A DNA stretch of 63,621 nt, the filler included, from Reclinomonas americana ATCC 50394 (lineage: Eukaryota): the NCBI GenBank assembly GCA_048213135.1. It is 9 parts of 4 records of this genome, joined end to end, with 100 filler letters (N's around TTAATTAATTAA, not from the genome) between each part and the next. Parts side by side here need not be neighbours in the genome. Positions count along the whole stretch, not along the records: positions 1 to 2,899 come from PS015011.1; positions 3,000 to 14,463 come from PS015011.1; 7 more parts are not named here. The stretch is one strand, 5' to 3'. The notes beneath the pieces were generated by a model, which saw only the letters and a list, made by a program, of their open reading frames with translations, did no database searches and was not told the origin of the DNA. A program made the translations under genes and the position numbers. Positions 1-12,080 of the stretch are shown one piece after another. Each line of letters starts with the position of its first letter. Positions within the stretch are counted from its first letter, which is position 1.

Positions 1-51
1 CGAGGGAGTGAGGAATCTGACCCTCTGTGCTTGTGTGTGTGCGCGCGCGCA

Positions 52-3000
52 GCATCTGTGAGTGGCTTCAGTCCGGCAACCGTGCGACGCAGTGTGGCAT
101 CGGAGATTGTGACGATCAGCGGTGTGGCACTGGACGCGAGTCTGAGTGTGCGAACTGTGCGCTTCGAACCCGGTGAAGGATGCACGTCGACGACGAGCGG
201 TGCTCGTGCGGGTACAATTGTGGGAAGCGGCGCGCGTGTGAGCAGCAGCGATCTGTCGGAGATGACAGTGGTGGTTGGAGGCACTGGACTGACGGCCAAC
301 GAGTACTCTGTGTGTGTCGACTTTGTGTCGAGCAACTCGACAACTGGTGCCTTTGTGCGAGCGGGAAGCACACGACTGCTTGTTGGTGAGTGTGTGAGTG
401 TGTGTGTGTTGTTTGTATTGCGCTTGGTACGAGGTGCTCACTTCGAATACAACGCAGCGTCGTTGACGGACTTCTCTCCAATGACGTTGCTCATGTCGAC
501 TGCGTCCGAGCGCATCACTGTCTTCGGTACTGCGCTGAATATCCCGACTAGCGTCCGCAAAGTTCGCTTGGAGCCAGCGGCCACGTGTACCAGTGCGGAA
601 GCAGGAGCAACTGCTGGCACAGTCGTTGCTGTTGGAGCAGTGCAGGATATCAGTGGCAACAACACGGCTTTGCAAATCGACGTTGGTGGCTCAGGCCTGC
701 CCGCTGGCTCCTATAGTTTGTGTGTGGATTTGGCAGCAAATGCCGTTGCTGGGTCGTATGCAAAAGTTGGCAGTTCGCTGCTCCTTGTCGGTGTGTTGTC
801 TAGTGATGTTGTCAACATCTTGTCTTCTGCCTCAATATTTTGCTCCCTCGTCTCGACTAGCCTCTGCGGCATCATTCAGTCCGGTATCTGTCCTTGAGAA
901 CGCCGGCACTGCTGTGGTGACTCTCACTGGCGTCGCGCTATCGCCCACCGTCAGCGTGCGTACCGTCCGCTTTGAGCCTGCGGCGTCGTGCACCAGTACA
1001 GTGGCCGGTGCCACGCCCGGCACCGTGACAGCTACTGGCGGGCTGACTGCCCTCAACAGCAACGCCAATCTGCAAGTTTTGATTGGTGGTGCTGGCCTTC
1101 CGCCTGCTCAGTACGTCGTGTGCTTGGATGTTAGCGCCAATCCGGCGAGTGGGAATTTTGTGCAGGTTGGAAGCAGCAAACTGCTATCCGGTACGTGACG
1201 TCGTGTCTTGGATTGCTCTCTCTTTGTGCTGATCGTATTCTTCTTCTGTGCATTTTTTGCGACAGCCCATGTCACCTCGTTCACGCCGCTTGCGATGTTG
1301 GCATCTTCATCGTCGGCGACCGTAACAATCACTGGCATTGCTGTCGGATATCTCACGAGTGTTCGCCGAGTCCGCTTCGAGCCGTCGGTGACGTGCACCG
1401 CAGCATTTGTGGGAGCGACGGCGGGAACGGTAGATGCTGCTGGCCCGTTTTCGACTGCCAGCGACCTTACGTTCATCACTGCGGGAGTTGGTGGTTCGGG
1501 TCTTCCGCCGGCCGAGTACTCGGTCTGTGTTGATTTCACTGCCAACGTCGCCGCGGGTAGCTTTGTGCGCGTGGGAGCGGCCATTCTCCTTGTCGGTGCG
1601 TCTGTTATCTGGTGCAGTAGAGTGCTCGCTGGTTTGTCGGTGTTGCTCACGAACAGTTCTTTCCTTTTTATAGGTGGTGCCACGAGCTTCAGTCCGACGA
1701 CAGTGATTGCTGCGAGCGCCGCTCAGATAGTAACGATAACGGGAGTCGGTTTGTCGGAGACGCAGAGTGTGCGTGCAATCCGATTCGAGCCCAGCCTCGA
1801 CTGCACCCTGTCCGGCGGAGGGGTGGTGTCTTCGCAGATGGCCAGTGCTATCAATCGATTGACGCTGACGGTGACCGTGGGTGGTGCGGGCTTGGCGTCC
1901 GCGCGGTATGCTGTTTGTGTCGACTGGCTGGCAGTCGCTCCTGGAAGCCCACTGACCCGCGTTGGATCGGCCGAGCTTCTTGTGGGTGAGTTGCTCCTTC
2001 AACGGGGTGCTGTATGAGGGTAGCGAAAAGGGTTGATGACTAATGTGTTTTCCGCTCTTTCACGACGTGCAGGCTCTGTCAGCAGTTTCAGTCCGATTAC
2101 CGTGTTGGCACTGTCCAACGCGGCAACCATCACTGTTACGGGTATTGCTCTGTCGTCGACCTCCAGTGTGCGCCAGGTCCGTTTCGAACCAGGGAGTACA
2201 TGCACAATGACGACTGCTGGCGCACAAGGTGGAACTGTTGTGGCCGCTGGAGCGTTGGCAAACAACGCAAACTTCACCACTCTCACGGTCACCGTTGGTG
2301 GAACGGGTCTCCCCAGCGGCGAGTATTCAGTTTGTGTGGATCTCACTGCATATCCGGCCGTCACCGGGGGCTTCCTTCAGGCGGGTAGCGGAACCCTCTT
2401 TGTTGGTACGTGCAGGCTCTTGCCGCCCAGCTGCTTTGTACTGGCGCGGTATTCATTTTTGAGTTCTTTTGGCAGCATCCGTATCGTCGTTTTCGCCAGC
2501 CACTGTGCTACAGACAACAGCCTCGGCATCCGTTGTCGTCACCGGCTTGGCACTACATGCGACCTTCACGATCAGAACAGTGCGCTTCGAGGCGCAGAAC
2601 GGGTGCACGGCAACAACGGCCGGAGCAATCGGTGCTGTGGTCGCCTCCGGTAGCATTAGTAACAATGGCAGTCGAACCCAGTTGACGGTTGTGGTGGGCG
2701 GAAGCGGCCTCCCTTCTGGCGCCTACTCCGTGTGCGTTGACTTTGTGGCTAATGATGTGCCAAACTTTGTGCGCGCCGGTTCTACGCTTCTGTATGTTGG
2801 TGTGTGCGCTGCGCTCTTCGCTTTTTTTTTTTGCTCTATTCATCGAGAATGTGGTACTCACGCCGGTGTACTTTTTCTTGCGCGCAGCAAGCACCACTTN
2901 NNNNNNNNNNNNNNNNNNNNNNNNNNNNNNNNNNNNNNNNNNNTTAATTAATTAANNNNNNNNNNNNNNNNNNNNNNNNNNNNNNNNNNNNNNNNNNNNC

Positions 3001-6000
3001 GTTCTCGCCAACGGTTGCACTGGCCAACAGTGCCTCCACCTTGTTGACTATTACTGGCACGGGCTTGCACGTTTCCAACAGCGTTCTCTCCGTGGTGGTC
3101 GAGCCGAGCCCCACTTGCACATCTGCTGGGGCGCCTTCACAAGTGACACTCAGCAATGCAGCCAACTCGGCGAATTTGTTGCAGGTGACGGCTGATGCGA
3201 GTGCAGCTAATGGGCTAGCTGCCGGTCAGTACTCTGTGTGTATTCAACTGGCAGCCACTCCCGGTGTGTTCTCGCAAGTCAGCGGTCAGATTTTGCTCGT
3301 CGGTCAGCCATGGAGTCCCTTGTATTATTTGTCGTGTCGCATCATATTGACTAGCACAACGCACGCAGCAACCATAACGTCGTTCTCGCCAACATTGGTC
3401 CTTCCGTCGACTGCGATTGCGGCTCTCACCATCACCGGCACTGCGCTACCGGACACAACCGTGGTGCGCTGGGAGAGTGGTGTTGCCTCGTGTACAGCTG
3501 CTGGCGCCGGCACCTTGGCCACGTTCGGCAGCATCGATGGTCCACGCCAACAGCTCATTGTGTCGATTGGTGGAAGTGGACTGTCTCCCGGCTCGTACTT
3601 GTTGTGCGCCCGCTTTTCAGCGTCGCTCAACTTTGTCACTGCGCTGCCGACGAAACTGGTTGCACGTGCGTTCACTCTGTGTATGTGTGTGCGGGAATGA
3701 TGGCAAGTACCCTTACTCACATGTCTGCTTGCCGACCGCAGCCTCGGCCACGTCGTTCTCGCCTGCTTTCGTTCCTCAATCGCAGGCGGGAGTGCTGGTC
3801 ACAATTACTGGTGTCGAAATGTCGACGTCGTACGTGGTTGTGCTGCAACCGGGGACTTTGTGCTCGCCAGTGGCGTCTGGCGAGACCACAACCGCACAAG
3901 CTGTGAATGGGGCGCGATCCGAGCTAACCGTGCAGATCGACAATCCGTCTGGTCTGGCAGTCGGCAGCTATGCTGTGTGTATCCGCTTNNNNNNNNNNNN
4001 NNNNNNNNNNNNNNNNNNNNNNNNNNNNNNNNNNNNNNNNNNNNNNNNNNNNNNNNNNNNNNNNNNNNNNNNNNNNNNNNNNNNNNNNNNNNNNNNNNNN
4101 NNNNNNNNNNNNNNNNNNNNNNNNNNNNNNNNNNNNNNNNNNNNNNNNNNNNNNNNNNNNNNNNNNNNNNNNNNNNNNNNNNNNNNNNNNNNNNNNNNNN
4201 NNNNNNNNNNNNNNNNNNNNNNNNNNNNNNNNNNNNNNNNNNNNNNNNNNNNNNNNNNNNNNNNNNNNNNNNNNNNNNNNNNNNNNNNNNNNNNNNNNNN
4301 NNNNNNNNNNNNNNNNNNNNNNNNNNNNNNNNNNNNNNNNNNNNNNNNNNNNNNNNNNNNNNNNNNNNNNNNNNNNNNNNNNNNNNNNNNNNNNNNNNNN
4401 NNNNNNNNNNNNNNNNNNNNNNNNNNNNNNNNNNNNNCAGTGCCTCGTTTTCGTTCGCGCAAGTCTCTTCCACGCTGGTGGTCGTCCGTGAGTAAGCTGA
4501 CTTTTTTGTTTTGGTGCGGCGACAATTGTGTGTCTCATCCTGCGCGTGATCACAGCATCTGTGTCCTCCTTCCAGCCGACGCTCTTGCCACCCAGCGACC
4601 CCGCGTCGGTGGTGACTGTGAACGGGTCTGGGCTAGCTCTCACCAACGTGGTCCGTCTCGAGTCGGGCATGACGTGTACGCCTGCCGGCGGTGGCCTGTT
4701 GACCACGGTTAACTTTGTTGACGGGACGGCATCGCAAATCCGTGCAGTGGTGGGCAATGCAGGTCTCTCCCCCGGCATCCACAGCGTGTGCATTCAGTTT
4801 GCCGCTTCACCGCTTTTCACGTTTACCAAAGTCGGTTCCACTGAGATTGCTGTCCGTGAGTTCTACTCCCACACGTGTGGCACCACATATGGTGCATTGA
4901 CAGCTGATTTGTGCTTTCGTTTTCACAGCCACGGTGGCCTCGTTTGCCTATCGCACGGTGCGCTCAAACGACGCTTCGGCAAACATTGTGATTGCCGGTG
5001 CGGGTCTGGGCATGGAGAATGTCGTGACGTTACAGAGTGGAAGCACGTGCGCGACGACAGGTGGTCCCGTGGCCACCACTGTGACCGGCGTGTCCATGGA
5101 CGCGACTACGTTGTCGGTACAAATTGGTGGAAGCGGTGTGCCTGCTGGCACCTATTCTGTCTGCATTCGCTTCCGATCGAATGTGAATTCAGTCAAGGTG
5201 CCGGGCACGCTGTCCTCCACTGGTGAGTGCTAGTAGCGTCCGTGCTCTTTTCTTGTGGTATCCAATTTGCGCCTCCTAACGTTGCATTGCGTACTGGTTT
5301 GTAGACGCGCGAATCACGGCGGTGACTCCGCTGGCGGTACCTGCCAGCGAACCCTCCGCCATTCTCGTCGTAACCGGCTCGGCATTGTCGTCTACCAATG
5401 TGCTATCGCTTTCAACGACCGCCGATTGCTCCACCGGCTTGCTTCCCATGACGCTCACCACCAGCAGCTCGACGTCGCTGTCGGCGCGAATTGGTGGTAC
5501 CGGCCTTACTGTCGGCGTCTCCTACACATTGTGCGCGCAGTTCACAACAATCGACGATACGATTCCTGCCGGCGTGCCGACAATCACTGCAGGTTCAGTG
5601 CGCCGCTGCCTTGCTCTGCTTTGTGCGCTTCTCACGACCTCCGTTCTCGCACCTTCTCGCGCTTCGAATGCAGCGATGACAAGTGGCGTGTCGCCAACGG
5701 TGTTTGTTGCTGATGGTGCCAACCGTGCGCTCGTAGTAACCGGACAGAACATGGACCGGGCTCGTGATACAATCAGGCTTATTCCGCGATCGTCGTCTTG
5801 CTCGACTGCTGCGTCGACTGCGGTCGGCACTGTCACTGTGAGCGTTGCGGGTGCCTCGGGTACGCAGCTTGATGTGACACTCGCTGCCACCTCTAGTCAA
5901 GCAGCATCCACCACCTTGTATGCGTTGTGCGTGCGCTACTCGGCTACCACTTGGACTGACGAGCAGTGGTGGCCGTTTGTCCCTGCTACAGGTGGCAATG

Positions 6001-9000
6001 TGACCGTCGGTAAGTGCATTGCTGTCCCATCGCTTCCCCCTGTGTCTGTGTGCGCGTGCGCTCATTGCGTGTCGTGTGCACACTCTGTGCGTAGTCGCTG
6101 CCACCACCATTACGCCGTCTGTGTCGCCGCTGTTGCCAGGCAACTTGGCCACAATTACAGTTGGCGGCACTGGTTTGTCGGCTGGTGACGCGCTGTCCAT
6201 TGTGATTTCATCCACACCGTGCGCGGGAACCACACTCTCCAGTGATGTTGCCACAACGCTACAAGTCGTCGGCAGCACCATTGTTGTATCGTTGACCGGT
6301 GCAGCGCCAACTGCGGTTCCTGGCCAGACATACCGTGTGTGCTATCTGCCCACCGGCTCCGGCGCAATTGAAGTTGGAACCGTGGCCAACGGTCAGCTGC
6401 TGACGTTTGGTGCGTACCCGCATGCTCCCGTCGTCGCCTGTCCTTCATTACGCATTTAGACAAGCTCACATTTTTTTGTTGATTCCTGCAGCACAAACCA
6501 CATCTCTGAGTCCTGTGGCAGTGGTGGCCGACAACGCCGCCAAGCGCATTGCAGTCAGCGGAAATGGACTCGACAAGAGCCGCGACTCATTCGCCCTCAC
6601 CTTGCAGTCGACAAACTGCTCTGCTATCTCAGCCACGGCGGCGCTTACCACTGTGTCGGTTGTGAGGACTGGCGGTGGTGCCACCGGCACATCTCTCGAC
6701 GTCGACATCACTGTGGATCCTGCAGCGACCGACGGACCGTTGATATCGTGGAAGCTGTGTGTGCGTCATGCGCTCTCGGGAACTTCTTGGTTCGAGTTTG
6801 GACCTGTCGGCGGTGGCAACCTGACTATTTGTGCGTCGTGTCTCGACGCTGCAATCAATGTCTCAGGTGTTACGAGTCTCCCCCTCACCTCTGCTTTTGT
6901 GCGTCTTCTTCGCGCAGCTGCTGGTCGCTCGTTTGTACCGACTTCAATTGTGCGCTACCTGCTCACCTCTCGCACCGTCGCGGTGAGCGGCAACGGAATT
7001 GCGGGTGCCGATGTTGTGTTTGTATCGACGTCGACGGACTGCACCGCGAGCTCGCTGACTTCGGCACTGGATGTGTCGTTGACGACCAGTGCGTCGTTGA
7101 TTACCATTACTTTCCTTCCTGCTGCTGCAAACGCGGTACCCGCGGCATACAAACTGTGCGCGAAGTCTGCGGGTGCCACGCTGTACGGTGAAGTTGCTGC
7201 TGGAACGCAGTTCCTTGTCGGTTTGTGCTCTTTTCATTTTTGTTCCTGCGGCAACCATGGTGATGTTGGTGCCAAACACACAACGATGTTTTGCGCAGAG
7301 GATCTGACGGGCTTCAGTCCGCGCGTGTTTGTGGCCGACGGTGCCTCTAAGACGATGACTATGGCCGGACAGTCGCTGAACAAGAACACTGCTCAGTTCC
7401 GCTTGATTCCACGCACAGATACTTGTGTGGCGGGCACCACCACCGTCGGCTCGCTGGTGACTGATGCCAATGGTCCAACGGGCACTGCACTCCGCGTACT
7501 GGTCACGCTGCCGCTGCAAACCCCGCAAACGCAACTGCAACTGTGCGTGCGCCAGTGCAACGTGTGCGTGTGGGACCCGGTGAACGTGGCCGACGGCAAC
7601 TATGTGGATGCTGGTATGTCATTTCTTTTCGTGTATCTCGGCTCGGTGATGCTCACTCGCTCCCGATTGTGCGTGCATACAGTGACGGTCACCGCATTCG
7701 GTCCCGATGTGCTTCCGTATTTGCAAACCAACAGCACTTCGCCGTTCACCATTACGGTGGCCGGTGCTGGATTCGCCGCTGGCGATGAAGTGTTCTTTGT
7801 TCCGTCATCGTCCTCGTGCACTGGAACCGCAGCGCCAGCAAATGCCGCCGTCACGACCACGGCGCTGGCTGGAGGCTTCTTGACCGTGACCCTCCCAGTT
7901 CCCATTCAGGCCACCGCCGGTGCACAGCGACTTTGTGTGCGTCCTGTGCCGCGTATTGACGGCTCTGCCGCCGAGTTGGGTGAACCGGCTGCTGGGCGCT
8001 TTTTTGTACTAGGTACGTCGTGGGTCACAGTATCATCACACTCATGTCGATCATTGCTGACAGTTTTTGTTCGTCGACAACCGTGCAGCTGAGTCCAGCG
8101 GAATGTCTCCGCGGAAGATTGCCACTGACGGCAAGGTGTATCCGCTGACCGTGCTCGGCAGTGGACTGGATGCCACGCGAGACAAGTTCAAATTCATTGA
8201 CCGCGTCCACGACGGAAGTGACTGCAGCGTAGCGCCGTCTGTTGGTGGCCTGTCGTATACTAGCGGAAGTGGCAACAGCCTCGTGTTCGGTTTCAATATC
8301 ACCACGGCTCCGCTGGACGTGGCACTCTTCCGCATGTGCGTCCGTCACCAGACGCAATATGTCAACGGCACGATGGCGCTCAGTCCGTGGTACACCTTCC
8401 GAGTGCCCACGGACGGAGACTTCGAATCGTTCTTCTTGCAAGTCGACGTGTCCACTGGCGGCGGTGAGACGCCATCGATCATCTACGTTGGCCTCCCGAT
8501 CACCATCAGCTGGCTCTGTAACGACATCTCCATCACGACAGTGGTCATTCGGGCAGTCACCGACACCGACACGTTCATTATCACGCCGAGTGCTCCCTCC
8601 GTGTGCGACTCCAAGACGATCAACACGTACGTGTGGGTGTTTGACCTGACGACATCGATGAGCGTCGACAATCCGGACGACAACAGCGGTGCTTTTGCTG
8701 CTGTGCGTTCCACGAGTGACGCAAGGCGGGAGCCGCTGCGACCGCGTGGAATCAGCCTGGGCGATGCTGTGACAATCTTTGTGGCAGCAAGCTCAGGAAG
8801 CACCGGAGTGCCGAATCTGACGGTGGCCGGTGCGTGTGCCCCGTGCACGAGGGAGATGAGAAGTGTCGGTCGAGAAAGTTTGCTGACCGCCTCTCGTTTC
8901 TATGTTTTTCTCGTTGTTCGCAGCCCCGGTGGTTCGCCTTGTGACACCCAGCGCCTCCGGCAGTGTCACCAAGCTGTTCCCGGCTTCTGTGTTGTGGACG

Positions 9001-11869
9001 TGTTCGGCGACTCCGGGCATGACTTTTGACGTCACTGCTGTATCCCGCGATCAGCCATCTGAGACGTATGAGATTGCCAGTTGCGCCCGCTGTGCCTATG
9101 CCTTGGTGTAGCCGCTGTGGCACAGCACGAACTGACCATGGTGTCTTTATTTATCCCTGCTACGCAGAATCGGCCGCTGCTGTGTGTGACGATGCTGTGA
9201 TGAATTCGGTCAGCTGGACGCCGCCCGCGGCGACTCGTGTTGGTGGCGGTGGATACAAGTTCACGATCAAGAGCACCACTGCAACTCAAGTGTCGGCTGT
9301 CATTGAGCCGGTGTTGCTCTCTGGTACGTGTGCTGCTTGTCACCACGCAAAGACGTGTGATGTGCTTTGCCGGTTACTCATGTGTGTGTCCTGTTGCTGT
9401 ATGCTCTCTATAGAACCAAGCATCTCGGTGCTGAGCCCATCGGTCGACGGCACCACAGTCTCCACAAACTCCACAGGCCTCCCGATTTCCTTCTCCTGTA
9501 ACATCCCGACCCTGTCGCAGGCCGTGGTGCTCATCGCCTCGTCCAACTACACGATAAGCAGCACCACCGGTGCATTGGAGCCGCTGAGCTCGTCGTTGGA
9601 CGACCACGATGGTGAGGCTGGCATTGGTGAAGCGCTACGTCTGCGGTGGGCATCAACAGCGCTGGAGCAGCGCATGGCGCGTGCGAGCGTGCCCACCGAG
9701 CAGTACACTATCACGGCCTCGTGCAGTCAGGCCAGCAACACATTCATCTGGAACCCGCGAAACTGGACAGCAACGACCTCTGTGCGGGCGTTTGTTTTCC
9801 TCGCCGTCAACCCGCTGGTCAACCAGACGGTGTATGGACAATCGGGTGTCATTCGACTGGTATCGCCGACAATCACACCCACAGACACCACGGTTGCGGT
9901 GGCGACCTGCGGGTCGTGGATTTCGTGCAACTGGTGGATCATCGTGGTCGTGGTGGTCGTGGCTGTGGTCATCACTGTGCTTGTCATTGTTTGGATCCTG
10001 CTGGCTCGTGCCCGTCGCCGAAAGCGCGACGCAGCTCGTGTGCATCCGTTCGATATCGCCGGTCGCGACCGGTCGAGTGCATCCTCGTCGGCCACATCGT
10101 CCCGTCCTGGAAGCGCTTCTTCTGCGTCGGATCGTTCCAGTTCGTCGGCATCGTCGCGTGCCGCACCACGAGGTGGTGCCAATCGCGCGCCGTCCGAGTC
10201 GCCGACGCCGACAGTCACCGAGGACTATGGAGAATCGACATGGGACGAGGTTTGTTTCTTGTTTCTCTTGGTGTTGATGTTTTTCTCTCCTCGGGCTGCT
10301 CGTTGCTGATTGCATCTTGTCGATCAACAACAGTCGGTCCATCCGTCTACGCGAACCGATAATCGTGGACGCGCTCCGCTTCCGCCTCCGCCGCGTCGCT
10401 CGTTTGTGCGCCGCGCTGTGGACGACCAGCTGGGTTTCAACCCAGGTATGCATGTCCCACTCGCAATACGCAACAACGCTTACTCCTGCGCGCTAACGAT
10501 TTGTTGCGTGCGCAGTTATTGTGCCGCACAGCGTATCCAATGAGTCGCCGCTGTTGCCGCCACCGCTGCCGCCGCCACCGACCATGCCAGCAATCCCGAC
10601 AATCTTCACTGCCGGCTTGCAATCGACCGACGCACGTGCTCCACTGCCGAGCTCCGTTCCGGAGCCCAGCTCTGGTGGTCGGCGCGGATCGCGCATGTCG
10701 GGCGACGATGACCTCGCACGGTGAGTACGAAAGCGATGATGTCGGAAACGCGTGCAGTCGTCAAGTGTCACTGACGTTGATCTCGTTGATGTTGCAGTCC
10801 GACCGCAGACGCCGTACTGGACACGCCAGCGATGGCAGCACTGAAGCGACAAATGCGCATGGGTATGTGTTTGTTTATCAATGCACGAGACGTGATGTGT
10901 GTGTGTGTGTGTGTTTGTTTGTTCATTCTCTTTTTCTTTCGTGCAGCGCGTGGTGAAGCTCCTCCGCTGCCGCCGCTCCCAGTCCCTGGAGGTGCTGGTG
11001 GTGGCGATGTGGGTGCGACGACGACGGCGGCGGCAAGTGGCAATGCGTCCGGCGGCGCAGCTCCTGCTGTGCCTCAGCCACCACCGCCACGAGCGCAGCC
11101 GACAGCTGCGGCAAACGCCTCTGGCGCCACGCCAGTGACTCGCATGTCACGGCCGACGTCAGCAGTGTCTCTCGACGAAGTGGCATCGACCGGTAGCGGC
11201 GAGGCCAAGAGTGCAGCAGCACCACCTCCGCCTGCTCGACAAAAGCCTGCTGAGAGTGCGCCCCGTGCCGTGCGACGCGGGCCTGCACCACCTGTACCCC
11301 CACTCACGATTCCGTCACCTGTCCCGACTCCGTCGGTGGTATCGCCCGCTGAGGTCGCCGCTATGGTGGGCGGCGATGAGTCGTCGGCAGGTCGATACAT
11401 GACTCGCTCGCCGTCTGTAATGTCGTCGTTTGGTGGTGCGCGGCAGCAATCGCGGCCGGCATCGCCGCGTGGTGGCGACGTGTCGCCTCGCCGAGATGGT
11501 GACTCTGATACGTCGCCCTCACGACTGCGTGCTCCTCTGGCATCCGGAAAGCGTGGTGAAGCCACGCTCTCGATGCGCGCCCCGACACCGATGAATGCCG
11601 CGTCTCGCTCACCGCGCAACCGATCGCCGCGAGAGCAAGAAATTGCTGCGCGCTTGTCGGTGCCGTTGCCTCCGTCGGGTGCACGCCAGCGTGCATCGCC
11701 TCCGCAGTCACCGACAACCGCGGAAGCCACTGCGGCCAAGGCAGAGTCTGCCGCCGCCGCCATGCAACAATCGCCTGCAGCTCCACCGCCCTCGGTGCTG
11801 TCGCCGTTGAGCACGTCGGCTCCGCCACCGTTGGTGACTGTGTCGTCGTCGCCGGAACCGAGACAGTGA
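52..11869 (+). CDS. Giant type-I membrane protein (5'-partial): >=20 tandem ~100-110 aa IPT/TIG-like beta-sandwich repeats, one TM helix, long Pro/Ser-rich cytoplasmic tail
   Basis: Repeated motif SFSP..V..TITG..L....V.FEP...C.....G.....L.V.VGG.GL..G.Y.(V/L)C in consecutive ~300-340 nt exons flanked by GT-AG introns. TM WWIIVVVVVVAVVITVLVIVWILLA (~9933-10007) followed by RARRRKR. Stop at 11867-11869. Crosses N-gaps at 2900-2999 and 3989-4437. The fold call is from motif resemblance only. Confidence 0.75.
2944..2955. other. Artificial all-frame-stop linker TTAATTAATTAA in ~100-N gaps (also at 14508, 16762, 40549, 48637, 51631, 59719, 62429)
   Basis: The identical 12-mer is centred in N runs each time. 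Confidence 0.97.
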
Positions 11870-12080
11870 TTTGGTTTCAAAAACATTGTACGTCTTTTTT
11901 ACCGATTATGTATGCGTAATGTGCAGCATCGAGATGCATGCACACAAAGGCGATAGAGATTATGTAGGGACAGAGCTATAGAAGGGGAGAAGGAGGAGGA
12001 GAGAGTGGAGGAGGAGGGGCTATAGAGGAGAATCAACTCGTAGAGACATTGCAGACGAGTTGTGCGAAGAATTGTGCCTC

